NCBI GenBank assembly: GCA_963718615.1
Contig: OY970368.1
Coordinates: 4,384,001-4,448,000, forward strand
From: an uncultured cyanobacterium
GTDB lineage: Bacteria > Cyanobacteriota > Cyanobacteriia > PCC-9006 > JAAUQQ01
Direction of reading: 5' to 3'
Length of the DNA stretch: 64,000 nt
Part shown: positions 1-10,184 of the stretch, in pieces
Layout: each line of letters opens with the position of its first letter
Numbering within the stretch: the first letter of the stretch is position 1
Program-made: the position numbers and the translations under genes
The notes under the pieces: generated by a model
What the model was told of the DNA's origin: nothing
The model's input: the letters and a program-made list of their open reading frames with translations, nothing else
Databases searched by the model: none

Positions 1-2
1 TT

Positions 3-1205
3 GCCGGGGCAGAGATTCCCTGGGGGCTGGTACAGGCTTGTTTGCCCGAGGGGGACGAGGAAGATTTGGAGGCGGTGCGGGATGGGGAGCTGGTGCGGGG
101 AAGTTGGTTGCGGTTTGTGGGGGCAGAGAGCTATCAACTACATCAATTGCTGCGGGAGTTTTTTGCAGCGAAGCTGGCCGGGGAGGAACGGCAGCGGTTG
201 AAAACGGCAGTGGCGACGACGATGATTGCCGTGGCGCAACAAATTCCCCAATCGCCGACGTTGGCGCAGATTCAGGCAGTGGAGACCGCGATCCCGCACC
301 TGAAGGCAGTGGCGACCGATTTGATGAAACTGGAAACACCGGAGGAGCTTTATCTTCCTGATGAAGATGATGTAACTACGGTATTCACTCGGATTGCTTG
401 GTTTTATGAAGGTCAGGGACTCTATGCAGAAGCGGAGCCTTGGTATGCGGATTGTTTGACCGTGGTGCGAGCGCTCCTCGGCGAGCAGCATCCCGATGTC
501 GCCACCAGCCTCAACAATTTGGCAGCACTCTATTATGCCCAGGGCCGGTACGAGTTAGCGGAACCGCTCTATGAGCAAGCCTTGGAACTGAGGCGAGCGC
601 TCCTAGGCGAGCAGCATCCCGATGTCGCACAAAGCCTCAACAATTTGGCATTACTTTACTGGCAACAAGGACAATACGAAAAAGCAATCCCGCTCTGTCA
701 GGAAGCGCTGGAAATGCGCCAATCGTTATTGGGAGAGCAACATCCAGATATTGCAACTAGCTTGCTGAGTTTGGCAGTACTCTATAAGTCCCAGGGCCGG
801 TACGAGTTAGCCGAACCGCTCTATCAGCAAGCCTTGGAACTGTTGCGATCGCTCCTCGGCGAGCAGCATCCCGATGTCGCCACCAGCCTCAACAATTTGG
901 CATTACTCTATGATTCCCAGGGCCGGTACGAGTTAGCGGAACCGCTCTATCAGCAAGCCTTGGAACTGACGCGATCGCTCCTCGGCGAGCAGCATCCCCA
1001 TGTCGCCACCAGCCTCAACAATTTGGCCGTGCTCTATGCCTATCAGGAGCGCTTCACCGAGGCAGAACCCTTGTTGGTGCAAGCGTTAGCCCTGCGTCAG
1101 CAACTTTTGGGCAACCAGCATCCCGATACCGTCAGCACGCAGCGGAGTTTGGAAAATGTGCGACAAGCGATGGGCCAGTCAACGGAGATGCGTAGGTTGG
1201 GTTGA
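3..1205 (+). CDS. Tetratricopeptide-repeat protein, 5'-truncated by the window edge (probably NB-ARC/STAND + TPR type)
   Basis: Frame is open from position 3. Repeated 42-aa units of the form LGEQHPDVATSLNNLA..Y..QGRYELAEPLYQQALEL. Confidence 0.9.
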   Translation, partial: AGAEIPWGLVQACLPEGDEEDLEAVRDGELVRGSWLRFVGAESYQLHQLLREFFAAKLAGEERQRLKTAVATTMIAVAQQIPQSPTLAQIQAVETAIPHLKAVATDLMKLETPEELYLPDEDDVTTVFTRIAWFYEGQGLYAEAEPWYADCLTVVRALLGEQHPDVATSLNNLAALYYAQGRYELAEPLYEQALELRRALLGEQHPDVAQSLNNLALLYWQQGQYEKAIPLCQEALEMRQSLLGEQHPDIATSLLSLAVLYKSQGRYELAEPLYQQALELLRSLLGEQHPDVATSLNNLALLYDSQGRYELAEPLYQQALELTRSLLGEQHPHVATSLNNLAVLYAYQERFTEAEPLLVQALALRQQLLGNQHPDTVSTQRSLENVRQAMGQSTEMRRLG

Positions 1206-1440
1206 GGCACGAAACCCAACATGCACAAGCACAAGCTCTGTTGGGTTTCGCGACACAAGCTCTGTTGGGTTTCGCGACACAAGCCCTGTTGGGTTTCGCG
1301 ACACAAGCTCTGTTGGGTTTCGCGACACAAGCCCTGTTGGGTTTCGCGACACAAGCTCTGTTGGGTTTCGCGACACAAGCTCTGTTGGGTTTCGCGACAC
1401 AAGCTCTGTTGGGTTTCGCTAGGGCTCAACCCAACCTACG
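1191..1440. repeat. REP-like element with 16-bp terminal inverted repeats and an internal 24-bp tandem array (about 8 copies)
   Basis: CGTAGGTTGGGTTGAG (1191-1206) and its exact reverse complement (1425-1440). Unit CACAAGC[T/C]CTGTTGGGTTTCGCGA repeats from 1230 to 1419. Confidence 0.9.
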
Positions 1441-1503
1441 AATTTGCTGGGTTTCAGGAATTGTATCAGCCCATCAGACACAAGCCAGCCCTGGGTCCAC
1501 CCC

Positions 1504-3582
<2,079 letters not shown>

Positions 3583-3675
3583 TTAGGGATATGCGAGTAT
3601 TTAATGTGTACGGATTATAACTCCGTGGGTATCCTGGGATCGCCCCTCCCATTCTCACCGCTCTTGGCTACCGCT

Positions 3676-4380
3676 ATGCAGCAGATTTTACTGATTGAAG
3701 ATGAGCCCCTCATCCGCGAAAGTTTGGAAGATGTGCTTTCGCTAGAGGGGTTTAGCCTGATTACAGCACGAGATGGCAAGGCAGGCTTGCAGGCGATACA
3801 CCAGCGTCGCCCGGATTTGGTCATCTGCGACATCAATATGCCGGAGATGGACGGCTATAAAGTCCTGGATGCCCTGCGTCAGGAGCCCACAACCCAGAAT
3901 ATTCCATTTATTTTTCTGACGGCTCGGTCGAGCCGCACGGACCAACGCCACGGCATGGAGTTGGGGGCCGATGATTATTTGACGAAGCCGTTTACCGTCG
4001 AGGAGTTGATGAATGCGGTGCGAACCCGCTTACAGCGTCACGAGAAGATCGAGGAGAAGTTTACCTCGGAAGTGTGCCGCAATCAGGCGTTGCAGCAACA
4101 GGTGCGCAGCAAGGAAGAGCTAGCGACGCTAAAGGCGCGTCTCTTGGACAAGGTGATTGAAGAATTTCGCACACCGCTGGCCAATGTCAACATGGCGTTG
4201 AGTATGCTGGAGCGGGTTAGAACCGATGAGGAGCGCGATCGCTATCTCGGGATTTTGCGGCAGGAATATTCGCGGCAGGCCGCGCTGATTGCGGAAGTTG
4301 CCAATCTCCAGGAGATGACCACGCCCAGAAATGGCCAGCAGGTCCCCCGGCTGAATTTGACGAGCACGAAGCTGTTTTAG
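3676..4380 (+). CDS. Response regulator: receiver domain + coiled coil + degenerate HisKA-like helix
   Basis: ILLIEDE, DLVICDINMPEMDG, IFLTA, GADDYLTKPF; C-terminal EEFRTPL. ATG at 3676 chosen as start. Confidence 0.85.
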   Translation: MQQILLIEDEPLIRESLEDVLSLEGFSLITARDGKAGLQAIHQRRPDLVICDINMPEMDGYKVLDALRQEPTTQNIPFIFLTARSSRTDQRHGMELGADDYLTKPFTVEELMNAVRTRLQRHEKIEEKFTSEVCRNQALQQQVRSKEELATLKARLLDKVIEEFRTPLANVNMALSMLERVRTDEERDRYLGILRQEYSRQAALIAEVANLQEMTTPRNGQQVPRLNLTSTKLF

Positions 4381-4587
4381 CGTTGTTCATCAGGTCTTGC
4401 ATCCCCATACAAGGCCCTGATGGAACGATAGCCCTTTAATCCCGTCAATCCCATTAATCTCATCAGAATCACCCTTTCAGCCAACGTCTTGCGATCCTGA
4501 GTTTCAGTTTTAGCAACTGACCCCATTTGGGGGGAGCAGCCCTCCATAATCAACGGTAAGCCGTGGATTTTTCTGGAGCAATGGATT

Positions 4588-5583
4588 ATGGCTCGTTCTG
4601 CACGATTCAATTTTGCGGGTTTATTGTCCAGTGGATTGGCCTGTGGTGTTTTGTTGGTGAGTTGTAGCTCAGCTCCGAGTTCCATGGCTGGGTCTACAGC
4701 CGGGAGCGATCGCGCCCTCCCCGAAGCTGCTCCAGCGCCCAGCGAAGCTGAAGCGGATCAGATGTTCGCTCAAGAAGTTACGGGTTCCTCGGGTTCCTCA
4801 CCCAGCAACACAACCCCAATTCCAGCTCCGCCAGAAGCGCCTCGGGCCACCCAAGCGAAACCCCAGCTCATCAAAATCGCTAATTTGTCCCTGGAAGTGG
4901 AGGATGCGATCGCCTCGGTCAAAACCATCCGCACCCTGGTCGAAAAACAACAGGGCGATGTGCTGAACCTTCAGGAAAACACCATTCCCGGCACCGCCAC
5001 TCCCCGCAGTGCCCAGCTTGAATTGCGTGTGCCTGCGGCTCGGCTGGAGTTGACGCTGGATGAACTGGCCAAGCTGGGTCAGGTGGAAAACCGGGCGATC
5101 GCCGCAGAAGATGTGTCGGGACAACTGGTAGATGCGGAAGCGCGGCTGCGCAATCTGCGCAAGCAGGAGGAGATGACGCTGAAAATTATGGAGCGATCGG
5201 GGGAAATTAAGGATGTGTTGGCGGTGAGCCAGGAGCTCAGCAATGTCCGCCAGAGCATCGAGCAACTCGACGCCCAACTGCAATCGCTCAAAACCCGTGT
5301 GGCCTATTCGACGATTAATCTGTCCATTCAGGAACCCTTGGCGGCGGCAGGGATTGAACCGAATCTCGGCAACGAAATTAAATCCGCCTGGGGCAATGCC
5401 ACCCGCTCGGTGGGGGCCTTTAGCCGGGGGCTGATGGTGGTGGGGCTGTGGCTGTTGGCCTATAGTCCCTATTTGGGGCTGCTGGCGGCGGCGATTTACT
5501 TTGGGCGGCAGGCGTTGCGATCGCGTTCCACCCCGTCCCATTCCCCCAGTTCTGCCAATGCGTCTTCAGGGGGTGAACCGTAA
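4588..5583 (+). CDS. DUF4349-domain lipoprotein
   Basis: Lipobox LVSC; LRVPA, EDVSGQLVDAEARL and YSTINL motifs; C-terminal TM helix. Confidence 0.85.
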   Translation: MARSARFNFAGLLSSGLACGVLLVSCSSAPSSMAGSTAGSDRALPEAAPAPSEAEADQMFAQEVTGSSGSSPSNTTPIPAPPEAPRATQAKPQLIKIANLSLEVEDAIASVKTIRTLVEKQQGDVLNLQENTIPGTATPRSAQLELRVPAARLELTLDELAKLGQVENRAIAAEDVSGQLVDAEARLRNLRKQEEMTLKIMERSGEIKDVLAVSQELSNVRQSIEQLDAQLQSLKTRVAYSTINLSIQEPLAAAGIEPNLGNEIKSAWGNATRSVGAFSRGLMVVGLWLLAYSPYLGLLAAAIYFGRQALRSRSTPSHSPSSANASSGGEP

Positions 5584-5685
5584 ATTTCAGGGTTATTCCA
5601 GGGTCAGTTATTGCATCATGATGCCGCAAGAAAAATGGGTATATTATGGACATAAAGTGCATTGTCGTGATTCTCGTCTAAATCG

Positions 5686-5970
5686 ATGCAAAAACTGACT
5701 ATTCAAGTTAGAACAGCAGATAACCTTCTCGATTTACTGAAAGCGCAAAAATCGGGTTGTTGGGTTATTGCTCAAGCTAAAGAGCAGGAAATTACTCACG
5801 TTGAAATCGTCAATTTTGATGGCTCTCAAAAAATAGAAGCTGTCTTTGATTTGGAATCTAGTGAGCGACTTGAGGATGGAAGATTCATTATTGGCTTTGT
5901 AGATGCCTGCATTAGAAACTGCTCGGTAAGTTTCGATGGCCGCAACCCTGTCCGTTATCTCTTGAACTAA
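5686..5970 (+). CDS. Small hypothetical protein, AT-rich, C-terminal RNPVRY
   Basis: 94-aa ATG ORF with a globular-looking composition; lower GC than its neighbours. Confidence 0.6.
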   Translation: MQKLTIQVRTADNLLDLLKAQKSGCWVIAQAKEQEITHVEIVNFDGSQKIEAVFDLESSERLEDGRFIIGFVDACIRNCSVSFDGRNPVRYLLN

Positions 5971-6042
5971 TAGACCTTTTGCATCAGTCGAGATCGCGAA
6001 CAAATCTGCAAGTATTTTAGGCTGAAAATAACAATTCCCTGA

Positions 6043-6249
6043 GTAAAACGAGACGAAGAGACCCTCTTTCGAGTCGCGCAATCTATCATAGTAGGAGGAA
6101 CTCACACAGGTTTTGCCAGGGGCTATGATCGGTATGGATTAATGTTCGCTGAGCCAATCGGTGTTCGTCTTGACCCCGATGGTTCGACTCTTCCTTTATT
6201 CTATGGCGAGGTAAAGATTGATGCAGACAACCAATACCATCTGAAATGA
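6043..6249 (+). pseudogene. Remnant of a small conserved cyanobacterial protein (DUF6972-like)
   Basis: Open frame following an in-frame stop, with no start at its 5' end: DEETLFRVAQSIIVGG...RGYDRYGLMFAEPIGVRLDPDGSTLPLFYGEVKIDADNQYH. Family assignment is from memory. Confidence 0.4.
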
Positions 6250-6378
6250 ACCCCTCGAAGGCCGATTATCAGCGAGTGAGTTGGCTTAGGCGGATCGGTC
6301 TCTCGTCGCTGCATCACAATCCTCATCACAATCCTGGCGCAGTTATCCCTACAATAAGGCCGAGGGTCAAGAGGCAGC

Positions 6379-7287
6379 ATGAGCATGGGCGTTGAGCGAA
6401 GCAAGAGGTTGCGATCTAAGGGAATCTGGGCTGGACTGAGATGGGCGATCGCCTTCACACTCTGTTTGCTTCTGCTCTACATCCCCGCTGCCCACGCCGG
6501 TCCCCTGGGCGATCGCCTCGCCCAATTTCCCCAGTGGACCAGTCCTCCACCCACCCAGCCCGCTAACGGCGATTTGGCCTATCCCGATTGGTTTCAAGGC
6601 ACCTGGCAAGCAACCAGCACGTTGGTAGATTTGGCCGCGCCCTTGGCTCCGGAGGTCAATAGCCCTGGATTTGAGGGCAATAAAACATTGCTGGAGCAAC
6701 CTGTAGATTTTACCGTGCGGTTTGTGCCGAGGCGATTGCGTCGTTCCCTCAGTCCAGCCCTGCCGGGTCCCGTACAAATCGTCGCCGATCGCGCCTTCAA
6801 TGGTCTTAATATTGCCCGTGCCTATCTGGGGAAAGACCTAGTGGTTCGTGTAGACACTGACCCTCAAGATCCCAATCGGCAGGTGACGATCCTGCGGGGC
6901 AATCGCAGTTTGGTGTCGACGATTCCGGCGCGGGCGATTGAAACGGAGGGCGATCGCACTTTCACCACCAGCGAAATCTTCCAGCAGGTGTTTCGCGGCA
7001 CAGGCAATCCCTATCTCAATCAAGTTGAAACCACAACCGCCTATCGCTATTACCCCGACGACGATTCGGAATACCAGGAGCCGGTGATTTTGGCCGACCA
7101 AGTGACCGCAGTCTACCTTTCGCCCCAGGACGAAAACTATTTCAAAGCGGCGAACCGTCCGATTGCCCTCTATCGCTATCGCCTTGATCTGCGGCCTGTC
7201 GTGCCCGCCGCACTGCCGCCCGCCGCTGCCGTTCGGCCTCTAGGGGATGGGGGGGATTCTGGGGAAAGGGATAGCGCAGCCGTTTGA
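6379..7287 (+). CDS. Exported conserved cyanobacterial protein (DUF6816-like)
   Basis: Signal peptide ending AHA; GDLAYPDWFQGTW and ADRAFNGLNIARAYLG motifs. Confidence 0.7.
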   Translation: MSMGVERSKRLRSKGIWAGLRWAIAFTLCLLLLYIPAAHAGPLGDRLAQFPQWTSPPPTQPANGDLAYPDWFQGTWQATSTLVDLAAPLAPEVNSPGFEGNKTLLEQPVDFTVRFVPRRLRRSLSPALPGPVQIVADRAFNGLNIARAYLGKDLVVRVDTDPQDPNRQVTILRGNRSLVSTIPARAIETEGDRTFTTSEIFQQVFRGTGNPYLNQVETTTAYRYYPDDDSEYQEPVILADQVTAVYLSPQDENYFKAANRPIALYRYRLDLRPVVPAALPPAAAVRPLGDGGDSGERDSAAV

Positions 7288-9247
7288 ACCAGCGCGGATC
7301 GGCGGGCCAAGCCAGTTGGCAGAGGGTGCCCTGGGGATCATCGGGGCGTCGCAGAAATCGACCGCGAAGCTGCTGGGCGATCGCCAAAAGCTGTCGAGTC
7401 CCCTGGGGTAAGGATTGCCAGGAAAGATAGCGGTTTGGACTGCGATTTGGACTCAAACTCAGATTGTCTGGGCTACCTGTACCATTATCGAGGACGCTCA
7501 GAAAGTACCAGTGGCGATAATAGGTTGCCACCACATCTAAGCGCGTGGCCGCAATGGCGTGTTTGCCGACGTTGCAGAGGGCTTCCTCCAAAAACGAGCA
7601 GAGAGCTACTTTCTGTGAGGGGGCGAGTTTACAATCCTGCAAAACCTGGAGCTGAGGAGCCATGAACAACCGGATTGAGTCAAAACCGGAGAACTGTCGC
7701 CTTAGGGTCAAGTCATACACTTGTTGCAGCAACAGATCTGGATCGTCCTGAAGGTCAAGGATCTGTTGACCAATGGCAAAGCCGGATTGGTCGAGGAGGA
7801 TTTCAGCCCGCATGGACTCGTAGATTTGGCGCAAATCACTGTCGAGGGTTTTGAGTTCCCGATGCAACTCCTGGCGATCGAGATTAGGGCTTTGAGTTTC
7901 TAAGCTACGCAGCAAAATGACAATGCTTTGCAGCGGACCATTGTGAACGGCTTCGTAGGCTTGCTCTAGCATGGTGCTGCGCTGCTCTAGCTTGAGTTGT
8001 AGTTCCCAATCCATAAACAGGGTCGTAAAACCTGCCCCGCAAAAACAGAGTAATGCCGGGAGGAGCGGTAGCCATAGTCCCCAGATCAGGACACCACTCA
8101 GCCCCAGCAGGCCGAATCCTCCGCAGCCCAGCCCCAACAATCGACTCCAGGGGGAGGGTAAGCCGACTCCCAACATCAACCCCAGACCGCCACAGGTGGC
8201 AATGAGTCCGTATTCTAGCCAAGCGGGCAAGACCGAGATGCCGCGACGCCCCTCCAGAACTTGGCTGATAATTTGGCTGGTGGCGTGGGCATGGACTTCG
8301 AGACCGTAGACAATTTGCGTCACGTCTTCGGTGTAGGCCGGATTGCCCCCGGCGAGGGTGTATTGAATGCCAGCGGAAAAGAAAAAATCTTTGGCACTTT
8401 CGTCGAGGCTACCGATGATCACGATGCGATCGCGCACCCAGTCCGGATCAAAATCCCGCTCCAGCACCTCCATCAACGAAAGCTGACTAAAGGTTTGGTT
8501 ATGATGGCGAAATTTCAGCAGTTGTTGCCAATCGACGATGGTCTCTTTGACATAACCGCCGCCCAGGGGGGGTAAGGGTTCTAGGCTCGTTTTTCCCAAA
8601 CGGATCGGTTCATTGGGACGGTCGGGAAAGATGGGGCGATCGCCAAGGTACTGAGCGGCAAGCTGAAGCGCAAAGGCGGATTTGATCTGCCCCTGGGGAT
8701 TGAGGGCGGCTAGGGTGATGCGTCGTACCCGAAAGTCTTTATCTTCAGTTAAGTCTGCGAAGCCGACACGCTCGGGCGGAATGCCAGGGGGCGGAGCAAT
8801 GGTATCCCAAAAGGCTTTTTCGATCGCCACCACATTCGGTAAACGGCTCAGGGTCTGGACCAGCTCTGCATTGCCGGGTTCAATGGGAATATCGCGAAAA
8901 AAGTCGAGTCCAATGACGCGGGCTCCAGCGTCGTGCAAAATTTCCAGTGCCTGGGCGATATCGCGATCGGGAATGGGATAGCGACCGATCGCCGTTACAT
9001 CACTATCTCGAACACCGACCAAGGTGATGCGGGGGTCGGGGGATTCGAGGGGGCGATGACGCAGGGTTTGATCGTAAACCAGGAGTTCGAGGGATTCAAG
9101 CAGACCGAGGGCGCGCACCACTAGGACGAAAGCAATGATGAGGCTACCGGGCAGGGCGATCGCCCGCACCAACCGCAGCCGCCGATGGAGCAGATGTCTC
9201 AGCGCTCGGGGAAGGGAAAAAGGGAACACAGCAAGGGATCCAATCAA
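7142..9247 (-). CDS. CHASE2-domain membrane sensor histidine kinase (HisKA_3-type)
   Basis: CHASE2 motifs DPRITLVGV, GARVIGLDFFRD, VGFAD, YGLEVHAHATSQI; TM helices; HNGPLQ H-box, EEALCNVGKHA N-box, DNGTG G1 box. Confidence 0.9.
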   Translation of the reverse strand: MIGSLAVFPFSLPRALRHLLHRRLRLVRAIALPGSLIIAFVLVVRALGLLESLELLVYDQTLRHRPLESPDPRITLVGVRDSDVTAIGRYPIPDRDIAQALEILHDAGARVIGLDFFRDIPIEPGNAELVQTLSRLPNVVAIEKAFWDTIAPPPGIPPERVGFADLTEDKDFRVRRITLAALNPQGQIKSAFALQLAAQYLGDRPIFPDRPNEPIRLGKTSLEPLPPLGGGYVKETIVDWQQLLKFRHHNQTFSQLSLMEVLERDFDPDWVRDRIVIIGSLDESAKDFFFSAGIQYTLAGGNPAYTEDVTQIVYGLEVHAHATSQIISQVLEGRRGISVLPAWLEYGLIATCGGLGLMLGVGLPSPWSRLLGLGCGGFGLLGLSGVLIWGLWLPLLPALLCFCGAGFTTLFMDWELQLKLEQRSTMLEQAYEAVHNGPLQSIVILLRSLETQSPNLDRQELHRELKTLDSDLRQIYESMRAEILLDQSGFAIGQQILDLQDDPDLLLQQVYDLTLRRQFSGFDSIRLFMAPQLQVLQDCKLAPSQKVALCSFLEEALCNVGKHAIAATRLDVVATYYRHWYFLSVLDNGTGSPDNLSLSPNRSPNRYLSWQSLPQGTRQLLAIAQQLRGRFLRRPDDPQGTLCQLAWPADPRWFKRLRYPFPQNPPHPLEAERQRRAAVRRARQAADQGDSDRGQSDGSPL

Positions 9248-9278
9248 GTCATCGTGGATTGGGAGCCGACGGTGAGCG

Positions 9279-9974
9279 TTAGCTAATCAGCCCTAGCCGT
9301 CGGGCTTCCATTTCAATCTTAATCCGAGAATCTTTGCCGGGTTCGTCGGGAATGTCGAGGCAGTTTTGAATACGAATCCAGTAGTTGCGCACGGTGCGAT
9401 CGCTCACACCCATGATTTTGGCGATCGCTCGGTCAGTTAGTCCTTCTTCGAAGCGGTAGGACAAAAGCTGAAGCCAACTGGGCTCAAAGGTGATGCGCGA
9501 TCGCAAATCAATCGGCAAATGTACAGCCCCTTGGAGCGATAGGTCAATAAGGGGCAGGGCTTTTTCGAGGCTCTCGGATTTTTCAATCCCCGAAAAGCCA
9601 CCGCCGTAGACATTAATACTTTGCTTGAGCCGCACCAAGGGCTGCAAATAGGAGCTCAGTACAAAAAGATTGGGGCAGGGCCGTTTGCCCATGAGGCTTT
9701 CCAGCAACCGGAGCCCGATGTTCACTCGGGCCTCTGGGTCACGGGCATTGGGGTTGGTCGAGTCGGGAATACAAAGGTCGATAATGATCAGATCGTAGTG
9801 GATTTGACCTGCTAAGTGGAGGGTTTCGAGTCGATCTTTGGCAGTATCGAAGGTTGCCTGGGGATAACAATTTTTGAGAGTGGGGATCAGTCCCTGTAGG
9901 ACCGCGTCATGGTCATCGACAATCAGGATCCTGCCAGTGAAGTCTGGCCGATAGGGGGGAGGGGTCAGGTCCAT
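9279..9974 (-). CDS. NarL/FixJ-like response regulator (receiver + HTH)
   Basis: ILIVDDH, DLIIIDL; C-terminal EGLTDRAIAKIMGVSDRTVRNYW HTH. Confidence 0.9.
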   Translation of the reverse strand: MDLTPPPYRPDFTGRILIVDDHDAVLQGLIPTLKNCYPQATFDTAKDRLETLHLAGQIHYDLIIIDLCIPDSTNPNARDPEARVNIGLRLLESLMGKRPCPNLFVLSSYLQPLVRLKQSINVYGGGFSGIEKSESLEKALPLIDLSLQGAVHLPIDLRSRITFEPSWLQLLSYRFEEGLTDRAIAKIMGVSDRTVRNYWIRIQNCLDIPDEPGKDSRIKIEMEARRLGLIS

Positions 9975-10104
9975 GGTGAGTATTGAGAGAAACAACAGAG
10001 GGAAACAACGGAATAGAGGGTATAAATACGGATTGGGTGTCTAGGGGATTATCGGAGATTTTTCTACTAGTTATTACCATAGGTAGAGAATGCCGCTTTG
10101 AACA

Positions 10105-10152
10105 TTTCCAAAATGGAATCGAGGGTTCCGAATCTGGAAACCCCCTTATTTT
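10105..10152. promoter_or_regulatory. Putative operator boxes upstream of the response regulator
   Basis: TTTCCAAAATGGAA (10105-10118) and TTCCGAATCTGGAAACCCCCTTATTTT (10126-10152). The second matches the reverse complement of 13227-13253 at 25/27 positions. Confidence 0.55.
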
Positions 10153-10184
10153 TTAATTGCCTTGTTTTTTAATTGCCTTGTTTT

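Noticed and set aside
470-1050. TPR repeats as a diversity-generating retroelement or array
   Set aside because: Ordinary in-frame 126-bp coding repeats; no reverse transcriptase in the window.
1230-1419. Possible CRISPR array
   Set aside because: The 24-bp units are head-to-tail with no unique spacers, and no cas genes are present.
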